A stretch of 63,722 bases of DNA, the filler included, from Bigelowiella natans CCMP2755 (lineage: Eukaryota; Protista; Cercozoa): assembly GCA_000320545.1 (NCBI GenBank). It is 6 parts of 6 records of this genome, joined end to end, with 100 filler letters (N's around TTAATTAATTAA, not from the genome) between each part and the next. Parts side by side here need not be neighbours in the genome. Positions count along the whole stretch, not along the records: positions 48,634 to 57,018 come from ADNK01003453.1; positions 57,119 to 61,138 come from ADNK01002417.1; positions 61,239 to 63,722 come from ADNK01002689.1; 3 more parts are not named here. One strand, 5' to 3'. Below the pieces are notes generated by a model. That model saw only the letters and a program-made list of their open reading frames with translations. It had not been told where the DNA came from and did not search any database. The position numbers were made by a program, and so were the translations under genes. Below, piece by piece: positions 53,640-63,722 of the stretch; the stretch's first letter is position 1; each line of letters starts with the position of its first letter.

Positions 53640-54663
53640 TGATGTACATTGTGCATAGTTGTAGTAGTAGCATGTGGTTTCTCCATAGTTAACAATATGA
53701 AGTTTGTGTATATCTTTCGCATGCGCATCATGTTGGACACGGTGCGACTGATACTGTCTTCTCACTCCTCTCCTTCCTCCTCATCTTCCAAAATATCGAT
53801 GAACTTCTTCAGATTCTCGCTGGCAAGATCTCGCAGTAAAGCTGGTGCCTTGCCTTTGGCGTCATCATCCTTTCCCCTCCTTCCCCTCATCGTTGTTTCA
53901 CTGGTTGCAGCATCGTTGTTTGTGGCCTCCTCGTGGCTAGTCCCCCCCTTCCCCTGCACTACTCGATTTGCTGCCTCTTGTTCTTCGCCAAGATAGGAGT
54001 AACGATTGTCGATAATGTCTCCTCCTTCATTTCCAAGGTGGTTGCTAGAGTCTAACGGTAGCAATTTGCTTTTCCCTACGGTTATAATGATACATCAGTG
54101 CTACCCTTACAATATCTTTGCCTGTCGGGGTTTTAACTACTTAAGTAAACAATTTGGACAGCAGCCGATGCACTGTCATTTGAAATGAGTTTGATGATAC
54201 TCGCAATGTTGCAGCAGGTGGTATTGTAATACATGATACTACTGCCCTACTACCATTATGCTTTGTGTTGAATAATAATAGTAGTTCTAGGATAAATTCT
54301 TGTGATTACAACCCCCCTCTCACTCACCCCGTTTGAGCAAGGTAGGTTCTCGTTTCGGAGCTGAACCAGGGATAGTTCCCATCCCCCCCTCATCGTAACG
54401 ATGGTGGGCAGTATCCTGATCATCATCTCCTAGCTCTAGCCGTCTAAAGGCACTTAGATCTGGCAGTAGTATGCATGATTAGTAATATCATTCACGAGCA
54501 ATATTCGAAGAAGAAGTGTTGCTATGATATTACACTTCTGCGACATAGATATTTTAAGTATATATTATTACTATTCTCATTCTAATTTTATTTGTTTCAG
54601 AGATTATTATGGGAGGGGTCATTGTCAGAGAGCAGCATTCATCATCACATTGCCATTTTGCCA

Positions 54664-54707
<44 letters not shown>

Positions 54708-55054
54708 TTGATTTGAGGAATGCTGAACTACATAGAAATAGTGAGTCACTGATCAGTAGAAAGATCGATCGATCGATGATCACAAACCTTCCTCAAGAGT
54801 AGCTATACTCGGCATCTTAAGACGACTACGAGCACTTGAAGAGTATGACGACGATGATGACTCTATAAAGCTGAAATAAGAGTAGTAGTGGTAGTAGTGT
54901 ATATGCTGTCTTTATAATTGCTCGATTCTACTGAAGGTAGTGCTATGTATGAGGTGATGCATGATGATGATGATGATGATGATGATGATAATAATAATGA
55001 TAATAATGACGGTGTATGCCGTCATCATCACACATTCACCTGCATAATATAAAC

Positions 55055-55108
<54 letters not shown>

Positions 55109-56560
55109 TTATGCATGTATACTCACGCATTATTTATTGCATCCTTTCCTCCTCCTTGATCGAGTCGCCTGTGTCCTCCTCCTCCTCCTCTCCCTTTAGC
55201 AGCAGCGTTGTTATGATGCAGATGATGGTGTCGATGATGATGATTATTGCTCTCCAACATCTCGTGCACTTCGTCGTGTTGTTCCTTCGCCTTCAGTTGA
55301 TCTTCTTGGAGTGCTTTCAAAACCTCCATTTCAGAGATAATTTGTCTTCGTCTCATGCCGCCGCCTCTTCCTCCTCCTCCTCCTTTTGATATGAATAAAG
55401 TGAGTAGTGGCATAAATAAATAATATATGATATTCTCTCTCATCAGCACATTATTCGCAGTAGAAGTGGTAGCAGTAGTTAGTTGCTGCTGGTAGTATTA
55501 CTGCAAGCTGAGTGGGACGAGTATCAAATATTATTCAAGTCATATGCTATCATTGCAGTAACAATGCTACTATGCTGCCTTCTTCTTTGCTTCATAATTG
55601 TTAAAAATGTTTCTCCCACTTAAAATACATACAACATAATATTGACACGCTGATATTAATGATCATCGAGAATGTTATTGGATGATTTGTTGCAATTAAC
55701 TGCTTTTTGAATAATTTGCTGTTATTGGATGATTTGTTGCAATTAAATGCTTTTTGAATAATTTGCTGTTCTTGGATGATTTGTTGCAATTAAATGCTTT
55801 TTTGAATAATTTGCTGTTCTAAAAACTGCAACATATGCTTTAATTTTATGTTGTATATATCACCTTGACCACTCCTTCCATTACCCCTTCTTCCTCCCCC
55901 TCCTCCTCTTGTCCCTCCTCCCCTCACCCTTCCCCCTTGTCCCCTTCTTTGGCCTCTCTCTTCTCCTCCTCTTCCTCTTCTTCCTTCCTTGTCTTCAGCG
56001 CCGTCCTGTTTTCGCCAATATGGTTTGTCTTCCCTTGTTGCGCCTTTATGTTGTTGTTCTTCTTGCACAACACAAACAACATTATTATCATTTCTTAGCG
56101 TGAAATAACTTAGAAAAGAAGGACCATAATGCCAACGAAAAACGGTAGTGCAACGAATAGAATCAATAGAAACATTAATGACGATGAGGAAAAGGATCAA
56201 TAATAGCATATTATCATTTACTTGTATTTCTTGTTTCCTACTACTACATTTTGTTGGTAATAGACGACGGACGGCATTAATTGATGAGTTGTCGATTGTT
56301 GTTTAAACGACAACTAACTAATTCTAGACGGCATTAATTGATGAATTGTCGATTGTTGTTTAAACGACAACTACGGCATTAATTGATGAATTGTCGATTG
56401 TTTAAACGACAACTAACTAACTAACTCTTCTAGCAGGTGTTCTTCTTACCTCTGAAAACCCTCCTTCCTCCCCTCCTATGGCTGCTGCCACGGTATTCTT
56501 CTCTTGACGATGACGGAACAACCGGAGGAGAGGGAAGGTCATGCTTCTTGCGAAGATACA
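53640..56560 (-). CDS. Low-complexity multi-exon hypothetical protein; boundaries uncertain
   Basis: Open, charged minus-strand segments (53762-54064, ~55140-55385, ~55865-56070) between microsatellite-rich introns. Confidence 0.3.
55678..55820. repeat. ~47-nt minisatellite, 3 copies
   Basis: ttggatgatttgttgcaattaa-tgctttttgaataatttgctgtt repeated. Confidence 0.85.
56271..56416. repeat. ~45-57-nt partly palindromic minisatellite, 3 copies
   Basis: cggcattaattgatga(g/a)ttgtcgattg(ttg)tttaaacgacaacta repeated. Confidence 0.85.
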
Positions 56561-56920
56561 CAGTATTACCCAAAAGGAGAGACTGATGGTATATAGTAGT
56601 ATTCCGTATGTTGTTGTTGTTGTTGTTGTTGTAACTAATGCTACAGTAATGATGCAGCGAATATCCAATCTACCATTACATATGATGATCGATTTATGAT
56701 AGGTAAGGAGCAGAGCATGACTAGAGTAATTGTTGATGTCATGGTATATTATCATTAACGCATCATAATATGTAATAATATATCTATACGATCGATGGAT
56801 CATCAGAAGGGAAGAAGATAGATGCTGCTGCTGCCACTACGGTTGCTGCTACTACTTACGAGTCGCTTTTGTATTAATCTTCTTCTTCTTCGTCTTATAT
56901 CTAATATTACTATCATCACA

Positions 56921-56973
<53 letters not shown>

Positions 56974-57407
56974 CCGCACTCATCCTGCCAGCCTTGGGAA
57001 TAAAGGGAAGTAAAACAGNNNNNNNNNNNNNNNNNNNNNNNNNNNNNNNNNNNNNNNNNNNNTTAATTAATTAANNNNNNNNNNNNNNNNNNNNNNNNNN
57101 NNNNNNNNNNNNNNNNNNTATATATATATATGTTATTGAAATTCTGTATATTCTCAATAATATATATTCATCTTAGAGCCCCTCGCCAATATGAGAAACT
57201 TTTTCAGTATGAACAAATGAGTCTTTTGTCCGTTTGAGGTTCCAGGAGTCGCGGTAAATACCTGGGGGGGGGGGGGGGGGGAGAGACCCTGCGAATCACC
57301 ACAATCTCTCCTCTAGCGACTTTCAAAAGGGGGAAAAACGTTTGAATAGAATCAACGCATCCTTTCTATCTATCCCTGCATATGTGTGTATGTTTGCATG
57401 TGTGTGA

Positions 57408-57445
<38 letters not shown>

Positions 57446-57548
57446 TAGATGCGCCTCTTTGCTGCTTGCTCACCTTATTGCCCTGGTCGGAGTCGAGAAG
57501 GTAGAAGAAAATGACGTATGATGCAGCAAACTCGAAGACAATCTAAAG

Positions 57549-57608
<60 letters not shown>

Positions 57609-58077
57609 GTTGAAGCGTTGGATTTTCATATTCATAAATAGCGGCACGTCTGCAAGACTATCTGCTTGCGGGGCATGCACATTTCATATCACCTGCGAGG
57701 CGGAGAGGCCCATCATGTTATCGCGTTTCCTGAACCCAAAAAAACACCGAATATCAAAGGCGTTGTCAGCCCAGATACGACACACGTCTCTCAAACAGCA
57801 GCGCAATGCTCGGTCCCAACGAAGTGCTGCCCCTCCCCATCGGGGGCGGCAGAGGCGTCGCTATATACTATTGTTTTGGTTGCGGCTGACCTCCAGTACA
57901 TGATATCGTTTTTCATTGCCAGGAAGGAGAACTGAGCGTGTGGTTAGCGTAAGTGACCATATGCGAGAGGCGCAAAAACACACAGCAGTAAGGTCAGCCG
58001 ACAACTAGTGCGTGTGTATGCAAGCGACGTCGCGCTTCAATGGTGCTTGAATTGAAATATGACTATCAATTCATATG

Positions 58078-58112
<35 letters not shown>

Positions 58113-58309
58113 GATGTATAATATTGGATACTATGATATTTTTACTCACATTATCACGTATTTATATTGTAAAGATCACTATCGAAATTTACACTATTAT
58201 ACGCGGAACATTTGCGTTTGTACGAAAGGGCAAAAAAAGGGGGGGGGGGATGGGGGGAAGGAGGACTATGGATAAGATGTTAAAGGACGCATAAATGCTT
58301 CAAAACGCG

Positions 58310-58344
<35 letters not shown>

Positions 58345-58502
58345 CTTTGTGAATTAGGAAGATGTGTCACCAATGTGTGAAGTATGGATACGGTGAGTGT
58401 GGCCTGCTCCGTGCAAAGAATAGTACATTATATATATTTAAAACATATTTATAAAAATACATATTCAATATTTGTTAATAGTCTCATGTGCGATCAACCA
58501 CA

Positions 58503-58537
<35 letters not shown>

Positions 58538-58847
58538 CACACACAAACATATACACATGCACACACGCACGCACACGCACACGCATAACATGTCGTGAGT
58601 TTGTCCAGATAACATATTTATGGATGCATGTGTGTGTGTGTGTGTGTGAGTAGTATTCGTCCTGTCGCACAGCATGCCTACTGCACGCACCGCTAGCAGC
58701 ATGTGATTGGTATAGCAAAAGAGTTGTTTGATCTAATGATACAGCAAAGCAAACCAAGTGCTGCGCGTCAAAGACATGGAATGGAAAGCTTTAACGAATA
58801 TCAAGTTTTCTTTCTCTCATTTCTTTTCATCCTCCTCATCTTCTTCT

Positions 58848-58878
<31 letters not shown>

Positions 58879-60033
58879 TTTCATCCTCCTCTTCTTCTTC
58901 TTCTTCTTCTTCTTCCTTTTATTGCCTCCCCCTCTCCCTCTTTTCTCCTCCTTCACCCCCCCCCTCCCCCCCTTACCTGGTCAATCTCAGGATCTCCAAA
59001 TCCCCATTGAATCTTAACCCCTTCTAGACTCCTCTCCATCTGCTCAAACAACACACCCCACCGGAGAGGACGGCCCTCAAACCCAAAACGAGAAAGGAGG
59101 AGGAGGAGGAGGAAGAAGAAGAAGAAGAAGAAAAAGAAGAAAAGGCGCGAGCAGAGCGAAAAGACTTCTCTGCCCCAGAATGGCGAGTACACGGGCGGAG
59201 TAAGGGCACAACACGCTTGCACGCAAGGTTTTAAAGCAATTGACAGCGCCCTTGCTGACGACGGACCTGCTGATAGACCCGCCACTTTCCCAGGGAAATT
59301 GGAGAGAGAGTGATGTTCAATGGCACTGTTGTTGTATTGTATGCGATTCGTCAGAAGAGAAGGTGGGAGGCTATAGCCAGCCCAGAGCCACCAGCGTGTT
59401 GGTAGATATCGATGGGGTTGTGTGTACGCACGCAATACGAGCATCGGTGTGTTTGTGCAGCATCGATAGCGGCTCGGAATGGAATGTGGAATATGGCATC
59501 GTCTACATGTTTTGTTGATGCTGGGGTCTAGGCCGGCAAGGCTTTTTGAGTTTTTGTGCAAAACAGAGAACTGATCTGTTTGATTTTTCGGACAAGCGGA
59601 GGAGGGGGGGGAGGAGGAGGGGGGGGGGAGGAAAGAAGAAGAAGAAGCCGAAGAAGAAGAAGAAGAGGAGGAAGAATTGAAGGAAAAACGAATGCCTATG
59701 GTGAATTTGTGCAGGGGTTGGGCGAGGGAGGAGAAAGTGTGTGAGAGAGAGAGAGAGAGAGAAAGATAGAGAGAGAGCGAGTCAGAGCGAGAGCGAGAGA
59801 GAAACTGCTAGAATACCCATGTAAATAGCAGGTAAATACCCGTCCTTATGCATGTGCGAGGGATAATTCGTTTTGCAATATCCAGTTAAAAATTCGAAAA
59901 ACAGCGACAAATATAACATGGCGGCGAAAGTAGTACCTGGTAGAAAGGGACCACGTCAGGGGGGGTTCCATGCCGGGGATATACCTGATTTATCAAAAGA
60001 CAATGTAAACACACACACACACACACACACACG

Positions 60034-60065
<32 letters not shown>

Positions 60066-60266
60066 CATGCATTTAACCACCGCCAATAACACCAATGAGA
60101 CATTGAAACAGCAGCTGGAGTAAGTCGTGAGGAGGAGCATCAATGCTAGAGAGGCAGTGGTAGTTGTAGTAACAGCATTGGATATATACCGTGGTATCTA
60201 CAACGAGATGCAGGCTCAGGTTGCCATTCCAGTGCGAGACTAACTGGAACAACGTATAATCGAAAT

Positions 60267-60303
<37 letters not shown>

Positions 60304-60567
60304 ATTAACACACACACTTATTTAAATATATACATATACATATATAAATATATATAATTTAGGCAAACAACTTGTGAGCTTTGAACGTTCCCGTTTTTCT
60401 TCGTTTTCTTCTTCTTCTTCTTCTTGCCTCCCTCTTTGATGCCGTCCCCATCCTCGTCGCTGGGGGCTAAAGTAAGGAGAAACAACGGTATTTAGCACTG
60501 CCGCTGCTCATACAATATTAATAATAATAATAATAATAATATAGTATTGGGATTGTAGAGGCAGTGG

Positions 60568-60608
<41 letters not shown>

Positions 60609-60935
60609 CCAGCGTGGCCTTCCTGAATTTGATAATTCATGGTTTTATGTATATGCGTGCGTGCACACTTCTTTATCTCTTCTCCTCCCCCTCCCCCCCC
60701 CCACTCCCTCTCTTTTGTAGTACTTTATGCTTTGCGTGCGCGAGACATCACAAGCTTAAAGAAAGAAAAATGCTGACTCACTGTTTTCGAAAAGCGTTGA
60801 TTTCTCACTCTCCGGGTACTGCAGGGGAGGGACCGAAGGGGGGGGGGGGGGGGGGGGAGAAGAGATAAAGAAGTGTGCCCGCCCGCATATATATAAAACC
60901 ATGTATTATATTTTTGGGGGGGGGCGCGCGGGGCG

Positions 60936-60973
<38 letters not shown>

Positions 60974-61238
60974 CCGCTGCCTGTGTGTGGAGCGCGATAT
61001 TTTGTAATTAGGGTAATAGGTGTCTTTTCACTGGAATGAACTCTTAAAAAATGGGGGTGGCCCCATCATTCATTTCGAAAAACAACCCCCCATATGAAAT
61101 CATGCCCCGGAGACATATATTTTCAGACCCTACCCCCCNNNNNNNNNNNNNNNNNNNNNNNNNNNNNNNNNNNNNNNNNNNNTTAATTAATTAANNNNNN
61201 NNNNNNNNNNNNNNNNNNNNNNNNNNNNNNNNNNNNNN

Positions 61239-62099
61239 CGGACATTTGAGGGTATAAATGATAATATATATATCCACAACAATAAGGTATATAATTACAA
61301 CCGAAAGGAGATATTGGAAAATTTATACAGATTAAGAAAGCACCTACCTGACTACAAGAAACTAAAAAGACTGATTATCACCAATCCTAATGAGGAGCAG
61401 ATAAATAAAATAAAACAAATATTCAGGTTTCATATCGTCAGGTGGACTCCAAGAGAGATATTACAAGGTTATAAGACTTTGATAGATGATAGTAAATACA
61501 AATTAGTAGAGGGAATGAAATCCCCTGCTCTCTTTAAGTTGGATTTTTACAAGTATATGGATAATAATAATTTTTTAGAGTTTAGTATCATTTATGATTT
61601 AAGGAATAGCAAAGGGCAGAAACTAAACAATATACCCTACGATACGAAGCAAACACTACTTAACGACATCCACAAATATACAACAGAGGGTCAATATTTT
61701 AAGGTTTTGAAAAGGAGGTTTTCTTTATTACGATACGAGTATGTTTTTGAGAAGAAGAAGAGTAATAAGTCCAAATTAATCGTTCTTTCAAAGATACTAA
61801 ATAGCAACTTGGGAAATTTATATCAAGTCAAAGCACTTATAGACAATCTACTCTTCTTAATAGAGAACTTTGATGATTTAAATAAGGATAGAATAAACAA
61901 ATCTATTGACGACATCATAGATAAATTATCCTTTGTAAGTTTAAGCAAGTTTGTGAGAGAGGAAGATGACATCATAGATGATTTAAAAATGATGCTAAAG
62001 GGTAAGTCTATCGGTGATATGAGTGGAAACCTAGAGGATATTTATAATACCATAGGAGATATTATAAATAAAGAAAGTTATAAGTATATCAAAATATAA
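61239..62099 (+). CDS. Virus-like hypothetical protein, 5'-partial; resembles proteins of virophage/PLV/NCLDV genomes
   Basis: Frame is open from the gap (RTFEGINDNIYIHNNKVYNYN...); intronless and AT-rich. Motifs IVRWTPREILQGYK, FKLD...NNFLEFSIIY, YFKVLKRRFS, LNSNLGNLYQV; the family assignment is from memory. Confidence 0.6.
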   Translation, partial: RTFEGINDNIYIHNNKVYNYNRKEILENLYRLRKHLPDYKKLKRLIITNPNEEQINKIKQIFRFHIVRWTPREILQGYKTLIDDSKYKLVEGMKSPALFKLDFYKYMDNNNFLEFSIIYDLRNSKGQKLNNIPYDTKQTLLNDIHKYTTEGQYFKVLKRRFSLLRYEYVFEKKKSNKSKLIVLSKILNSNLGNLYQVKALIDNLLFLIENFDDLNKDRINKSIDDIIDKLSFVSLSKFVREEDDIIDDLKMMLKGKSIGDMSGNLEDIYNTIGDIINKESYKYIKI

Positions 62100-62152
62100 A
62101 TTCAACCCTTTTGAGAGTCTTGAAGGTGTTGAAATTGAAATTCACAACAAAT

Positions 62153-63722
62153 TTAAAAAAATGACCGCACAATATTATCCACACCTGGTAGTTCAATAAA
62201 AGGTTCTCCTGGTCCAAAATTTTTATTTATTTTGACTTGTCCTGACAAATTAGAATACAAATCGCCATCCTCTCCTTGTGGACTTCCAGTTCTTTTTTCT
62301 AACTCCAATACTCTGTTTCTCAATTTAGAAATCTCATCTAAAACATCTATTCCATTCACTTTAAACTTCGCATCTTTGACGGAAAAGTTTAGGTTCGTTC
62401 CATCCCACATCACATTTGCTTTCTCTTCTGTTCCAACACTAAAACTAATCCACTTATTTTGTCGTGCTTGAATATTCAAAGCACTACTAATAGGTGGTTC
62501 ATTAAAATCATTCTTTATTTTAACAATTCCCTCCACTGCTAAACTTCCGTTCTGTATTGAATGTGTCCCTGTGATTACAAATGCTGGTTGATTGTTTGTA
62601 TTGATGTGAAATATGTTATTATCATCTCTTTCCAAGACTATGTTCTCTATTTTTAATGACCCATTTTTAATAATAACTTGAGTGTCCTGTAGATGATTGG
62701 TTGTAGGTCCGTAAAAGTAATGTAAACTTCCATAATGATTTATCGTGTCCCCAATATCTCCGTATTCTGTCTTTGTATTGTTTTTTTGAATGGAATTACC
62801 TTTTACATTATTCATATGTGTATCACCTGTAAAGTGAATACCATCACTATTTGATAAAATACGATTTGTATAATCTGAACCTGGTAGGTGAATAAAATCA
62901 ATATAGCAGATTTCAGACACCATTTCTACCGAAGAAGCATTATTTGTATCTTTTCCAATGTACACACCGTCATTATGCGGCACAGTTGTGCTTCTTACAC
63001 CATTCACATAAATAGAAGTGGCGAATTGATGTTCAAGAGGAACCGGCGGTATGGAGGGCATTGATAGTGATATTGGCAATGTTTTTGTTTCTAATGTGCT
63101 TATTCTGCTTTCTAAAGATGTTGATTGATTGTTCATTGTGTTTAATTTTTCCAAACACCTTCGTCGTGCCTGAATCGCTAATTACCTCTAATTCTTCTGC
63201 TGTAAATTCAATCTTACTTCCAACATCCCTAAATCTAATATTAGGTTTGCTTCCATCTGTTGTTAACATTAAATCACCATCAACATTTAACAAGTAAGAT
63301 TGCTTTGTCCCTGTGGTTGGATTCACAATAACACTTCTTGTGTAAATGTCCCTTGTATTATTAATTATTTCAGTGTTCAGATATACTCCACCATTAGAAC
63401 CAGTAAAATTTTGGACTATATGGTTAGTTTTGGTTTGTAAATTGGTTTCAATATCCTTAATTTTAACAGCAACATCTATGGGTGTTTTTTTGTAACCAAA
63501 AAGCTCTAATTCATTCATACTAAAGTAATTTTGTGACTCTATCTTTTTAACAATCCAGCGATAGTGTTTGTAGAAATTAGTCGTTTGAATGTTTTTATCA
63601 ATGTAAACCCTACCATTTACAGATGTGCCTTGAACTGTTGATGTTAAAATTGTATCTATGGTTGTTAATGGAACTTTACTTTTAAAATCTTCTATACCAG
63701 TAGTTATTTGGAAATCAACGAA
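62153..63722 (-). CDS. Viral fibre/tail-fibre-like protein, 5'-partial, with one 1-nt frameshift near 63155
   Basis: Open from the window end. Discoidin/galactose-binding-like end YKHYRWIVKKI...FSMNELELFGY; coiled coils (LESRISTLETK, LDEISKLRNRVLELEK); phage-fibre-like YIDF...SDYTNRIL. Removing one T from GTGTTTGGAA fuses the two track ORFs (TKVLEKLNT). Confidence 0.65.

Noticed and set aside
57119-61138. Short ORFs of contig 5
   Set aside because: Mostly microsatellite translations; probable exons exist but I could not support a gene model or family.
63033-63154. Programmed ribosomal frameshift between the overlapping viral ORFs
   Set aside because: No canonical slippery heptamer at the inferred junction; a single extra T explains it, and similar indels occur elsewhere in the window.

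Overview
Intron-rich, microsatellite-rich eukaryotic (protist) DNA; a chlorarachniophyte/rhizarian-like source is only my guess from gene content. The window is six contigs joined by artificial 100-nt N linkers carrying TTAATTAATTAA, so adjacency across gaps is not evidence of linkage. Recognisable host genes: GBF1/GNOM-like ARF-GEF (3' part), tyrosine-kinase-like gene, GNAT, Stf0-like sulfotransferase, RING-PHD-RanBP2 zinc-finger protein, TBCD (3' part), calcineurin B, 2OG-Fe(II) oxygenase, a large PKD/REJ-GPS membrane protein and RPC6. Three things stand out. (1) Four intergenic, repeat-containing tracts (~5280-7340, ~12040-14120, ~31730-32400, ~50320-53510) have lost almost all TpA, except in CTAG, while CpG stays abundant. 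Duplicated copies differ by TA<->TG/CA, suggesting a repeat-targeted A-to-G hypermutation process, a mirror image of fungal RIP. (2) An MLKL-like helical bundle + kinase + near-identical Kelch repeats with a hypervariable loop, a candidate immune/cell-death receptor. (3) A final AT-rich, intronless contig that looks viral (virophage/PLV/NCLDV-like). All protein calls are motif recognition from memory, not database searches.
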